A stretch of DNA of 64,000 bases from Heteronotia binoei. Taxonomy: Eukaryota. The translations under genes and the position numbers were made by a program. The stretch covers positions 41,044,001 through 41,108,000 of the forward strand of contig NC_083233.1 of assembly GCF_032191835.1 (NCBI RefSeq), in the 5' to 3' direction. Positions 11,385 to 23,611 of the stretch are shown in pieces (the stretch's first letter is position 1; every line of letters starts with the position of its first letter). The notes beneath the pieces were generated by a model. That model saw only the letters and a program-made list of their open reading frames with translations. It made no database searches and was not told the origin of the DNA.

Positions 11385-11532
11385 TACTGTTATTGTAAAT
11401 TTATTGTTAAATGTAAATTAGAATGGTTTTTAAGACTAATGCTGATTTTAAAAGTTTTGTATAATTATTGTATGGATATGTTGTTAGCCGCCCTGAGCCT
11501 GCCTAGGCGGGGAGGGTGGGATATAAATAAAA

Positions 11533-11605
<73 letters not shown>
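11385..11605 (+). mobile_element. L2 LINE 3' end with expanded (TTA)n tail
   Basis: TTAGCCGCCCTGAGCC...GGGTGGGATATAAATAAA matches the 3' ends of the other L2 copies here; followed by ~70 bp of (TTA)n. Confidence 0.75.
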
Positions 11606-11607
<2 letters not shown>

Positions 11608-11992
11608 GTGGTTGACATTTTTTGGTGAAACCAGTGATGGTTTATGCTTGCTGCTGGAGTGGCATAAAGAAAATACTTTCAGACTTTGTAAAAATCTTAA
11701 TGCATGCAATAAGCTTTTAATATACTGTAACTGAAAGCTGAGGAAATAAAATTCGAAATTATTTGGACAAACATCCACTAACCTCTGTTGAATCAGAACC
11801 CCCATCATCATTGTTAGGGAAACACAGGTCAGACACAGAGTAAGATAATATTATGATCTGCATGTCAGGTCTCTTCTGGTTTAAGGAGGGGGGGCACTGC
11901 TGGCATAGCAGAAAAAATTATCATTTTGAGGACCCAAATCCACATGTTTGGTTTATTTTTCAATACTGGGAAAGAAAAATGGGGATCATTTA

Positions 11993-12258
11993 TGTTATGT
12001 CTTGAAACATAGCTGATGTACCGCATGGCGATCGCTACAGAGGCGACCCCACGGGTCCCTGGATGTAGCTCGCCAGACACCCCACCCATCAAGATCTGTG
12101 GCGGGAAGTTTGACTGACCAGGATTGGACTGGTCAGACTGGAGGGCAGTTCCGGGTAATGTATATAAGTGGGACCCGGCCCGCGTGTTCTCTCTCTTGTA
12201 ATGTACCACTGAATAAAGCATGTTGCCTTCAACCCATCTTGCAACTTAGTACATTACA
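11993..12258 (+). repeat. 5' LTR (start is either TG at 11993 or TG at 12014)
   Basis: Ends ...TACATTACA directly before the PBS; TATATAAG at 12161; AATAAA at 12212. Confidence 0.75.
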
Positions 12259-12259
12259 G

Positions 12260-12277
12260 TGGCGACGAAGGTGGGAT
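12260..12277 (+). promoter_or_regulatory. Primer-binding site for tRNA-Ser(GCT)
   Basis: TGGCGACGAAGGTGGGAT is a 16/18 match to TGGCGACGAGGATGGGAT, the complement of the vertebrate tRNA-Ser-GCT 3' end (recalled sequence). Confidence 0.75.
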
Positions 12278-12373
12278 CCTAGCCAGGTACTCCCAAAGAG
12301 GACCTTCGTGGAGCTGGCCAGAGATGGAGAAGGCACGCCGTCCAGGGAAACGGAAGCACCAGCCGCCACCACA

Positions 12374-15300
12374 ATGGCTAACCTGAGCGGAGCAACGGGT
12401 CACCTCGAAGAGTTCAACCCCGCTAAACTGGAGAGGTGGGAGACCTACATGGAGCGGGTCGATTGCTACCTTCGAGCAAACATGATAACGGACGACAGCA
12501 GGAAAAGAGACGTGCTTTTGAGCATCTGTGGAGAGGCCACATTCGAGATCGCCAAGGGTCTCTCAGCCCCCGCGAGACTCACGGAGAAGACGTATGAGGA
12601 GATAGTCCGACTCCTCACCGGGCACTTCCTGCCCCAGCCCTCAATCATTGCCCGCCGATTCCTCTTCCACAAGAGGGACAAAAAGACGGGAGAGACGGCA
12701 GCCGAATACCTGGCCGCTCTCCACCAAATAATGGGAAACTGTAGCTTCGACAAGCTAGAGGAGGCACTGAGGGACCGTCTCGCCTGGGGCCTGAGGGACG
12801 AAAGACTACAGCAGAAGCTCTTTGCAAAGGAAGAGCTCACCCTCCAGGGCGCCTTCAACGAGGCCACAGCATTCGAGAGAGCCACCAAAGCTTTCAACAA
12901 CCCGGGGGCAAAAGCCGTCCACCAGGAGGAGACGGCGCAGAGCCACCCAGAGGAGGAGGAGATGCGCCAGCTATGCCGCCCACCAGGGACAGGACTGAGA
13001 GCGACCCAGCGGCCACGAGCGACGAAGAAACCAACCAGCACCAAGTGCGCAAGCTGTGGGGATCCGCACGAGCGTCGGGACTGCCCCTATCGCAACGTGG
13101 ACTGTAGGAACTGAGGGAAAATGGGTCACATTGCGCGGGCTTGCAGGGCCAAGGCCGGCCGCAGATGCCAGTCCACCAACCAAGACTCGACCGAGGACTA
13201 CTCGACCGCCTCGACCAGCCTGCAGGTAATGAACTTGCCCAGCAATACCCCCGACAAGGTCAAGGTATCAATCAGGATCGAGGGAAACCCCTGCCAGATG
13301 AAACTGGACTCGGGCTCCTCCATCTCTATAATTTCGGAGGACTCCCTAAGAAAACTGTGCCCACGTGGCCGGCCTAGGCTGCGACCGGCTGGTTTCATAC
13401 TACAGGACTTCCAAAAGAACCCCTTACAGATCCTGGGATGGGCCACGGTGAGGGTGGAGTTTAAAAGCTTTAGGGGGAAACTGGATATACTGGTGGTCAA
13501 ACGCCAGCTTACCACACTGCTGGGCCTGGCCTGGTTTCGTCCGTTGGGGTTTCAGATTGTGGGAGTGCAGCAGCTGGGGATGCAAGGGTTTGAGTATGTG
13601 TGCAGGGAATTTCCGGAGGTGTTTGATGGGGCCCTAGGGTGCTACAAGGGTCCTCCCATATCCTTACCCCTCAGCCCCCACGTGCGGCCGATATGGCTAA
13701 AGGCCAGGTGGGTTGCGGTTGCTCTGAAGCCCAAAATTGAAGCAGAGCTGGACTGCCTCACAGCCCAGGGAGTGCTAGAACTGGTTTCATATGCCACATG
13801 GGAAACCCCGATAGTAACCCTGGTGAAGCCTAATGGGGATGTGTGCATATGCGCCGACTACAAGTGCACCATAAACAAGGCACTACAAGATAACCCTTAC
13901 CCCGTCCCAGTAGTCAGTCACGTTTTGGAAGCCCTGGCGGGGTCAAAGATTTTTGGGAAGCTGGACTTGGCCCAGGCGTACCAGCAGCTCCCAGTGGACA
14001 CCGAGACCGCGGAAGCCCAGACCATAGTGACCCACAGGGGGGCTTTCAGGGTGCGACGGTTACAATTTGGGGTGAGTGTGGCTCCGGGGGTCTTTCGGAG
14101 CCTGATGGATTCTCTCCTCAAAGGGATTCCCGGGGTGCAACCGTTTTTTGACAACGTTCTGATCGCTGCACCAGACGTGGAGGAGTTCAGCAACCGGCTG
14201 CGAGAGGTCCTCTGCAGGTTCCAGGCAGCTGGACTGAAAGTTAAGCGGGAAAATGTTCCCTCGGGGTGCCGAGGGTGGAGTTCTTGGGGTTTGCGGTGGA
14301 CGCTGCAGGCATCCACCCGACGGCGGAAAAAACCAAGGCCATTGTGGAGGCCCCGGCCCCCACGTGCAGGGCGGAGCTACAAAGTTTCTTGGGGTTATTA
14401 AATTTTTATCATTCGTTCTTGCCCCACAAAGCGGCCTTAGCAGAACCCCTCCATAGGCTCTTAGATAAAAATGCCCCATGGGTCTGGGAAAAGAAACAGG
14501 CAGCGGCTTTTCAGGCGGTCAAGGAGCTCCTCGTATCCAATAATGTGCTGAAGCCCTGCCGGTGGTTTTAGCGTGCAATGCATCACCATATGGGGTGGGC
14601 GCTATCCTGGGTCATCAACTCCCGGATGGGAGGGAGGTCCCGATAGCATATTACTCCAGAACCCTAACCCCCACAGAGCGCAACTATGCCCAGATCGATA
14701 AGGAGGCCTTGGCAATCGTGGCGGGGGTGCATAAATTTAATGACTACCTGTACGGTAGACATTTTACGATCGTCTCGGATCACAAGCCGCTCCTGGGACT
14801 CCTTGCCCCAGACCGCCAGACGCCACAGATTCTGTCGCAGCGCGTCCCGCGATGGAATCAGTTCCTGAACTCTTACTCATATGCCCTGGTCCACCACCCG
14901 GGCTAGGCGATGGGTCATGCGGATGCCCTCAGTCGCCTTCTGCTGCCCTCCATGGATCCAGCCCAGCCGCAGCCCACCATGTGATGCTCACTGAAACATT
15001 ATCAGAGAGACCCCTACATGCCGCCAAGGTAGCAAAGGGCACGGAGCGGGATAAAATACTCGTGCGGGTTCTCGATTGGGTGGGGAGGGATGGTCGAGGG
15101 AAAACAGGCCGAAGAATTCAGGGCATTCACATCTCACAGGGAAGAACTCTCCTCACACAAGGGGTGTCTTCTCTGGGGAAGCAGGGTGATAGTTCCCCCC
15201 CCCCCATTGCAGAAACAAGTGCTGGAGGCCCTACACGAGACTCATCCCGGGATTGTAGGGATGAAGGCCCTAGCGCGCAGTTATGTATGGTGCCTGGGAA

Positions 15301-16424
15301 TGGACGAAGAGATTGAGGGGTGGGTTCGAAGGTGCCAAGTCTGCCAGGAGTCCTAGCCTGAACCGCCCAGTGCCCGGTCCACCGCTGGGAAGCCAATAGG
15401 AGGCCATGGTCTAGGTTACATATTGACTTCACGGTGCCATTTCAGGGCCAAACATTCTTTATTCTGGTGGACACTTACACCAAATGGTTGGAAGTTATCC
15501 CGGTAGCCTCCACCTCAAAGGCAGCGGTGGTCCAAGCATTGTGCAGGGTCTTTTGCACACACGGGATTCCTGACACCATCGTCTCGGATAATGGGACTGC
15601 ATTCACCTCCCAAGAATTCTGGGAGTTCTTGCAGAGATACCTAATAAAACACATATGGTCCGCCCCCTTCCATCCGGCCACCAACGGCCAAGCAGAGCGG
15701 ATGGTACACACCACTAAAGAGGCCCTGGGATGCATAGTACAGGGGGACTGGGACCACCGCCTGGCCGCCTTCCTATTTGACAATAGAAGCACCCCCAACC
15801 CAGTCACAGGGGTGAGCCCAGCAGAGTTGTTAATAGGAAGGAAGCTGATCACAAGGCTGGACTGGTTGCATCCTGACCGGGCCACCGATCTCCGCAGCTC
15901 TCCCGAGATCAGGGAAGCAGCTAGGAAGTTCTTTCCGGGGGATCCGGTCTATGCAAGGAACTACGCTAGTGGCCCCGAGTGGGTAGCTGGTCGGGTGCTG
16001 CGCGTGACGGGGTCCCACCACTATGATGTCTCAACGGAGGGGGGGGCAAATTCTGTGGAGGCATATAGATCAGATGCGCTGCCGCACCTTGCCGGAAGAG
16101 CCGGCTGCAGTACAGAATGAGGAGGAACCAGCAGCCGCACCGCCGCTGAGAGCTACCCAGCCCCTGCTGACCGCTCCGACCGATCGGGCAGAAGGGCCAC
16201 ACCAGAGTCGGGGCAAAACCCCAAGAGCAAGGACACCAGAAGAGCAGCAGGGTGCAGAAAACCACAGGCCGGCGTTATGTCCGAGCAGGGAAACCGCCAC
16301 CCCGTCCACTGCAGCAGCCGTGGCCCCGGCAGCCCCGGTGACCGCTCCTACTCCACAAGTAACCCCAAGGAGGTTGACCAGGGAACGCAAGGCCCCCGCT
16401 TACTTTCAAGACTATGTGTCCTGA
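12374..16424 (+). pseudogene. Gypsy gag-pol polyprotein with at least 8 lesions
   Basis: ATG in good context at 12374; CASCGDPHERRDC and C..*GKMGHIARAC knuckles; protease LDSGSS; RT KLDLAQAY, FFDN; RNase H LACNAS, DKEALA; integrase H-H-C-C, HIDF, SDNG, NGQAER. Stops at 13112, 14904 and 15354 plus several frameshifts or deletions. Confidence 0.9.
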
Positions 16425-18289
16425 ACAATAAAATGTTAGTCTCTAAGGTGTTGTGACCTATACATTTCTCAAGCTCTTATTTTTTTTCAAACAAAACTAG
16501 GTGGGCATTACCTTCCTTGTCTGTTGTCTAGAACAATCCAATTATCAAATTGTGTTATTTTTAAGTGTGCTACATCCTCAAAGCCACAGCCTGAAGCAAA
16601 CCTTCATAGCTAACACAAAAAAGAGGTCTCCTGAGGAGACAAATGCTGACGACTTTGGAATGGGAGCTCAGATGGAACTAGAACATGGCATCCTTCCTAG
16701 AATGAAGTCCCTCTCCCTCAGCTTTCAGCCGACTTGGCGAGATTGTGAGTCCCACAGGTCATTTAACACATTCTCCTACAGCACTAATATCACACCATTT
16801 TTATTCACCAATTTTTATTTCTGTCTTCTCTTCAGTATAGCTTTCCTGATCCATATACTATGTCTGTCCTTCTCTTTACTCTGCTGTAATTAAGCTGCTG
16901 TTTAGGAATGTATGAACTTCTCTAAGAAATGCTGCATCTCTGATCAGAACTCTTTTAGCTTCCCTCAGAATTACTAAATTATTCTTTGAAAACCCTCCAA
17001 ATCTGATGGATTTCAATTTGGAAAATTCAGTGGAACCCTAATATTAATTTTGGTCTTTCTGTAAGAGTTTCAAGCCTCTTCAATCTATGAAGAGAATACT
17101 AAAGGATTCTTTAAAAAAAAAAGTGAGGATGTGTGAAAAAACAAAACAAAACCTCACAGGGGAAATCCCCCCTTTCATTTCTTATGCACCACCTTTTCTC
17201 CTATCACACATCCTCCCCACTTCCTCCTTCCCTGCTATTGCTTTTCTGCATAAGTGAAAAGTGGAGTCCAACTGACCAAGTCAGTTATTTTTGAATTTCA
17301 GCAGTTGGTAGAAGCAAATGGCAGTAGCTTTGGGGGGTTGTTCTGCTTGTTATAGCAAAAATGTGTGTTGTGTTGTGTGTGTTTATCCCTTATACTGGCA
17401 CTGTTGGAGAAGAAAGAGGATAAATCAGAAAGATCCCTAGTAATGTGGCAGTAGGCGGGAGGAGATGAAATTATTTCTAGCATGTGGGGGGGGGGGAGGG
17501 AGAGAGAGAATAGCTGCTGCATCTTTGAAGAGGATTCTCTTTTCATAAGATCACCTCCTATAATTTCACCATAGTGAGATGATAGGAGAGGCCCCTGGGC
17601 CCAGAACTATACAATGGGTAGGATAGGGTGGGGGTGGGGGATTCCTCTTCACTTGGGCATTTACTGGGATGTTGCTATTTTCTCATCACTCATTGCCCTT
17701 CCTCTTTTGCCTGCCTTCTGATGCTTACCCATTGTGCCTGTCTGCCTCTGACTGGGGCATTAGTACCTCCTTCTCCCTGCCACCCCCACTTCCTCTCGCC
17801 TTCCTCAGCTGCTTGGGGGAGAGAAACTGAGGAAGCAGAAATAACAAGCAGCAGCAAACATTAGCAAAACTGTTGTATACTGCCTTTTTAAGAGGCCGTC
17901 CCAGCAGACCTCAGCAAGCAGAAGAGGAGAAGGGACTCGGTGCTATTCTTTTCAATCTCCCTGCTAGCAGGCTGCAGGAGTGCAGAGACTTCTAAGAATC
18001 TGCAGCACCAGGTCAGCCTAGAGCTCTAGAAACAGTTTAGTTAAGCATTGTTATTTCTTATCCAATAGCCAAGTGACCTGCCCTACAGCTACTGGTAATA
18101 AAGAGGCCTTCAGCCAAACAGAACTGGGTGCCTGTTGTTTGCTCCACTGCACAAAAAGAACCACTGCTGTGGCCACCTCCTGGTTTCTGCCACAAATCTG
18201 CCCTTCCCTGAGAGAGGTGGGGGATAGAACACAGTTGTGGAAGGGAAGCATACAGCCTTCTTATCTGTCTGGCAGCAGCTTCTGCTGCT

Positions 18290-18686
18290 TAGGGTTGCCA
18301 AGTCTAACTCAGAAAATATCTGGGGACTTTGGGGGTGGAGCAGGAGACTTTCGCATTCCCTTACATAAAAATACAGCAGTCCAGTTCCCCTGAATACAGT
18401 CTTCATTTTTTCATCCCTCAGCAGCTGTATGTGTTCTCTCTCGCTCTCTCTTTCTCTCTCTCTCTCACACACACACAGCAGCCAAAATAAGCGCTTCGCA
18501 ATCCCACACCGACATGCTACATCACTTCCTGGTTACGGAGGCATGTCATGTTTATTTCCTGTCTCTTGCCTGTTGAGGGGTAATTCCCACTGCCAACAGG
18601 AGCACTCTACATTTCCCTCCACTTTCTGATAGCTCTGAAGTGGGGAAAGGGGGGGGGAATCCCCCAATTGGGGACTGGCAACCATA
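18290..18686. mobile_element. hAT (Blackjack-type) MITE with internal (CT)n(CA)n
   Basis: TIRs TAGGGTTGCCA / TGGCAACCATA; no TSD recognisable. Confidence 0.65.
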
Positions 18687-20772
18687 GAAGGGAAGCATGT
18701 TGTGAGCACAAGCACAGACAACACTCTTGTGCTGAGGGGGAGATTTAAATTTTCCACTCCATTTTTAAAAGATTTCAGATTTTTCTGCAAGTCTTGAGGG
18801 TCCCCCACATTTGTAGAAACATCTCCTATGTGTCAAAGAGCCCCCTCAGCCCCAGTCAGCAAGGCCATCCCTTGTTCTCTCTCCAGTTCTGCCCCCTCCA
18901 CAAAAAGCCACTGTAGATTATCTTAGCCTTCCCACCCCAGACCACAATTCCTGCAAGAAAAGACTTTCTAGTCAGAGCTGCAGCTTTTCTTTCCTAATAA
19001 GATGAACTGATCCAAGCCACAAATAACTGCTTGTCTTTTTATAAGCAATGTTTTGCCATCTGTCTTCCCCACTTAGTCATTTGCATTTGGGAAAATGGAT
19101 GGAAAGAAGCAACAATTTGCTACCACAGTGTAACAGGAGGAAGTAATAATGTCTTGCTGTTAACCATGTGTCAGTGTTGGCTCGAGGCACATGGACTGCA
19201 CATCTGATCTTTGATATGTTGGACTCTGGTATGATCTTAATATTTGGGCATCCCTGTCGCATCATTTGAGCAGAAGTCCCCTTGGCTCAATTTAGAATGG
19301 CTCAGACTGAATGCTGATAATAGTTTATCTTATTTTTTTTCTGAGGCAGGGAAGAAATTCTCAGGTAAATGATGCTCAAATACTCTTTATTTATTTACAC
19401 TATTCTTATACCAGCTTTCAGTCAAAAAATTGAGAAGGTAACTTACAAATTAAATGCAAAAATTAATATAATTGTCCAAAAAAGCCACTGCATTCTTAGT
19501 TAGAAATATCTTAGTCTCAAAATATTGAGAAGGTTCTTCTGGTTAGAGTCTGCTGCTCTTAACCACTACAGCAAATAGGCTCTTATAAATAAACAATTAT
19601 TAAAAATGTATTGATAGCAGCCTAAACTCTGGACACTAAATTCAGGATTAAAATCAAAGGCCAATAGAACATACTACTGAATGATAAAGATGGACATCTT
19701 GGGGAAGCAGATTCCCCAATGTAACAGCTGAGAAGGCCCTGTCAATCTTTCATTCACCTAAAATGTAATTTGTTTTGTATTTACTGTCTTGTTTTATCTT
19801 GAGCTTAAGACCATTGGTTAAAGGAGCTAACAAATGAAAAGAAAAGAAGGATTCACCTAAAATGAGATTATGAACAGGACATCACTAGCAGATCTTAAGG
19901 ATCATAAGAGATCAGTTGCTCTCAGAAATACTCTGGTGTAAACATTCTCATCATTCTCACCAAAGGGCACTTTGTATTTTTCACTAACTGTAGGCAGCTC
20001 AGTCTAGAGCAAATTACATTAATCGGATGCTTAAATTAGATCTGACCATTATGAGGTGAACAAATTCCTGTTCAGGAATTTATGAATTTCAGCAGCATCA
20101 CTATCTACAGAACTACAGAGCTCATGTTTTAGAATTTGAAATCAAGGAAGTGCACATTTTCCTCCTTCACCACCAGCTGGTGATGTGGAGCTGTATAATA
20201 TGCCCCACACAACATCATGACATGAAGACCTGGGTTAGATGAATTTCATATAAAGGAGTGGGGAAAGAGTCTAGGCATATAGAAAGCATTTTTTAAGAGC
20301 AACCGTGGGCATATCATAATGCCTACTTATCGGATCATTTTAAGGCTTATGTTTTCCCATCTCCATTGTCACTAACCCAGATTCCCATATAAACCTGCCT
20401 GACAGCTAAGATATCAAAAACCTTATTCAAAGGGTGTGATTCACCTTTCTCCTTTTTCAGAGGAGACAGATTCAGGGAGAAGAAATAGGGTGCTTTTGTG
20501 GCTCTATTCACCTTGTTTGGAACACCCCTTCATCTGTTCATCTGAATCTGAACCTTTGATGAATTGTTTTTCAGGACTTGTTTTTGTTGGATATGTGTGC
20601 TGTGTTCTCTGCTTGTCCTCTTGTGTGGATTTCCTTTCATATTCAATATCCTTTGCTATCTCCATTTTGCTTGTGTTTTATTTTGAACATAAGAACATAA
20701 GAGAAGCCATGTTGGATCAGGCCAATGGCCCATCCAGTCCAACACTCTGTGTCACACAGTAGCCAAAAAAGT

Positions 20773-20805
<33 letters not shown>

Positions 20806-21802
20806 TGTGGCTAATAGCCACTGATGGACCTCTGCTCCATATTTTTATCTAAATCCCTCTTGAAGGCGGCCATGCTTGTGGCTGCCACCACCTCCTGTGG
20901 CAGTGAATTCCACATGTTAATCACCCTTTGGGTGAAGAAGTACTTCCTTTTATCCGTTTTAACCTGTCTGCTCAGCAATTTCATCAAATGCCCACGAGTT
21001 CTTGTATTGTGCGAAAGGGAGAAAAGTACCTCGTTCTCTACTTTCTCCATTCCATGCATTATCTTGTAAACCTTTATCATGTCACCCCGCAGTCAACGTT
21101 TCTCCAAGCTAAAGAGTCCCAAGCGTTTCAACCTTTCTTCATAGGGAAAGTGTTCCAACCCTTTAATCATTCTAGTTGCCCTTTTCTGGACTTTCTCCAA
21201 TGCTATAATATCCTTTTTGAGGTGCGGCGACCAGAACTGCAAACAGTACTCCAAATGAGACCGCACCATTGATTTATACAGGGGCATTATGATACTGGCA
21301 GATTTGTTTTCAATTCCCTTCCTAATAATTCCCAGCATGGTGTTGGCCTTTTTTTATTGCAAACACACACTGTCTTGACATTTTCAGTGAGTTATCTACC
21401 ACGACCCAAAGATCTTTCTCTTGGTCAGTCTCTGCCAGTTCACACCCCATCAACTTGTATTTGTAGCTGGGATTCTTGGCCCCAATGTGCATTACTTTGC
21501 ACTTGGCCACACGGAACTGCATCTGCCACGTTGACGCCCACTCACCCAGCCTCAACAGGTCCCTTTGGAGTTCCTCACAATCCTCTCTGGTTCTCACCAC
21601 CCTGAACAATTTAGTGTCATCCGCAAACTTGGCCACTTCACTGCTCACTCCCAACTCTAAATCATTTATGAACAAGTTAAAGAGCATGGGACCCAGCACC
21701 GAGCCCTGCGGCACCCCACTGCTTACCGTCCTCCATTGCGAAGAGTGCCCAGTTATACTCACTCTCTGCTTCCTATTACTCAGCCAGTTTTTGATCCACA
21801 AG

Positions 21803-23371
21803 TAAGTAAGTAAGTAAGTAAAATTTTATTTATATCCCGCCCTCCCCCGCCACGCAGGCTCAGGGCGGCTAACAACAGCAAAACAACAATACATTTAACA
21901 AAACATTAAATTAACCCCAAACCGATTAATACATTAGTTAAAACAGTTACTAAATCTAAAAACATTAAGTTAGATCTGACAGTACCGTTATTAATCGACG
22001 CTATGCCTGTCAGTTTGTGAATGATGGCGGATCTCCAGACTGGACCATTTTGATGTTTCTCTGTGGACTTGGTCAGCCGTTCATGAATGCCTGTTTGAAA
22101 AGGGTGGTCTTGCAGGCCCTGCGGAACTGATCAAGGTTCTGCAGGGCCCGCACCTCCTCTGGGAGTTGATTCCACAAGGAAGGGGCCGCGGTAGAGAAGG
22201 CCCGTGCATAGGTAGTCCGAAGTTTAACTTCTTTTGGCCCAGGGGTGGTCAATCTGTTTTTACCTACTGACCTCAGTGCTCTCTGGGGCTCATACGGGGA
22301 GAGACGGTCCCTCAGGTAGGTCGGTCCTCGGCCATATAGGGCTTTAAAGGTAATCACCAGCACTTTGTACTGGACCCGGTATACAATCGGCAGCCAGTGC
22401 AGTTCGCGCAGCCCCGGCCGTATATGCTCCCATCTTGGGAGGCCAAGCAGCAGCCTGGCCGCCGCGTTCTGCACTAGCTGCAATCTCCGGGTCCTGCACA
22501 GAGGCAGCCCCATGTAGAGGGCGTTACAGTAGTCCAATCTTGAGGTGACCGTCGCATGGATCACCGTTGCTAGGTCCCGGCGCTCTAGGAAAGGGGCCAA
22601 CTGCCTCGCCCGCTTCAGATGAAAGAATGCTGACTTGGCAGTGGCTATTATCTGGGCCTCCATTGATAATGAAGGCTCCAGTAAAACACCCAAGCTCTTT
22701 ACCCGCTGCGCCGCCTTCAGCGGCGCACCGTCAAAGGTCGGGAGAGATATTTCCCTCCCCAGAGCGCCACGACCCACACAGAGAACCTCTGTCTTCGCTG
22801 GGTTCAGCTTCAGCCCACTCAGCCTAAGCCATGTTGCAACAGCCTGTAGGGCCTGATCCAGGCTCCCCGGGGCAGAGGCGGGCCGGCCGTCCATTAGCAG
22901 ATAGAGCTGGGTGTCATCTGCATATTGATGGCAACCCAGCCCAAACCTCCGGACAATCTGGGCAAGAGGGCGCATATAGATGTTAAATAACATCGGGGAG
23001 AGAACTGCTCCCTGGGGCACCCCACAGTCTAGTGTGCGCCTCTGGGATCGTTCACCTCCAATTGCCACCCTTTGTCCCCGACCCATGAGGAAGGAGGAAA
23101 GCCATTGTAAGGCCAACCCCCTAACCCCTATGTCGGCGAGGCGGTGGATCAGCAGCCGATGGTCGACTGTGTCAAATGCAGCCGACAGATCTAATAACAT
23201 CAGCACTGCCACACCGCCTCGATCCAGTTGCCGTTGGAGGTCATCTACTAAGGCGACCAGAACCGTCTCCGCCCCGTGGCCTGGCCGGAAACCAGACTGG
23301 CATGGATCTAGGACAGAAGCGTCATCTAGAAACCTCTGTAGCTGCAACGCCACTGCCCTCTCAATAACTGC
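21803..23371 (-). mobile_element. L2 LINE, 5'-truncated, inserted in CR1 ORF2
   Basis: 7-bp TSD CCACAAG (21796-21802 and 23372-23378); (TACT)n tail; open RT frame QSGFRPGHGAET, LLDLSAAFDTVDH, GVPQGAVLSP, YADDTQLY. Confidence 0.93.
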
Positions 23372-23611
23372 CCACAAGAGGACCTGTCCTTTTACTCCAT
23401 GACTCTCAAGCTTTCTAAGGAGCCTTTGATGAGGAACTTTATCAAAAGCTTTCTGGAAGTCAAGGTAAACAACATCTATCGGGTCTCCTTCGTCCACATG
23501 TTTGTTCACCCTCTCAAAGAAATGCAACAGGTTAGTGAGGCAAGATCTTCCCTTACAGAACCCATGCTGAGTCTTCCTCAATATCCCGTGTTCATCAATG
23601 TGCCTACTCAT
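22073..23611 (-). CDS. Open chimeric ORF: CR1 RT N-terminal segment fused in frame to L2 RT (512 aa from first ATG)
   Basis: ORF track 22073..23638 is uninterrupted across the junction (...GQVLLW|AVIERAVA...). The first ATG is at 23611. Expression is not shown. Confidence 0.55.
   Translation of the reverse strand: MSRHIDEHGILRKTQHGFCKGRSCLTNLLHFFERVNKHVDEGDPIDVVYLDFQKAFDKVPHQRLLRKLESHGVKGQVLLWAVIERAVALQLQRFLDDASVLDPCQSGFRPGHGAETVLVALVDDLQRQLDRGGVAVLMLLDLSAAFDTVDHRLLIHRLADIGVRGLALQWLSSFLMGRGQRVAIGGERSQRRTLDCGVPQGAVLSPMLFNIYMRPLAQIVRRFGLGCHQYADDTQLYLLMDGRPASAPGSLDQALQAVATWLRLSGLKLNPAKTEVLCVGRGALGREISLPTFDGAPLKAAQRVKSLGVLLEPSLSMEAQIIATAKSAFFHLKRARQLAPFLERRDLATVIHATVTSRLDYCNALYMGLPLCRTRRLQLVQNAAARLLLGLPRWEHIRPGLRELHWLPIVYRVQYKVLVITFKALYGRGPTYLRDRLSPYEPQRALRSVGKNRLTTPGPKEVKLRTTYARAFSTAAPSLWNQLPEEVRALQNLDQFRRACKTTLFKQAFMNG

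Larger units (their letters stand above)
11993..16424 (+). mobile_element. Ty3/Gypsy LTR retrotransposon, Mag lineage, 3' LTR missing
   Basis: 5' LTR, PBS and gag-PR-RT-RH-IN order; Mag-type gag (FNP...WETYMER) with double CCHC knuckle. Confidence 0.92.

Noticed and set aside
11503-11811. Poly-isoleucine ORF
   Set aside because: It is the translation of the (TTA)n microsatellite tail of an L2.
18480-18570. p53/ETS-like motif cluster (GACATGCT, CACTTCCTGG, GGCATGTCATGTTT) as a host enhancer
   Set aside because: It lies inside the Blackjack MITE 18290-18686; no evidence of function.
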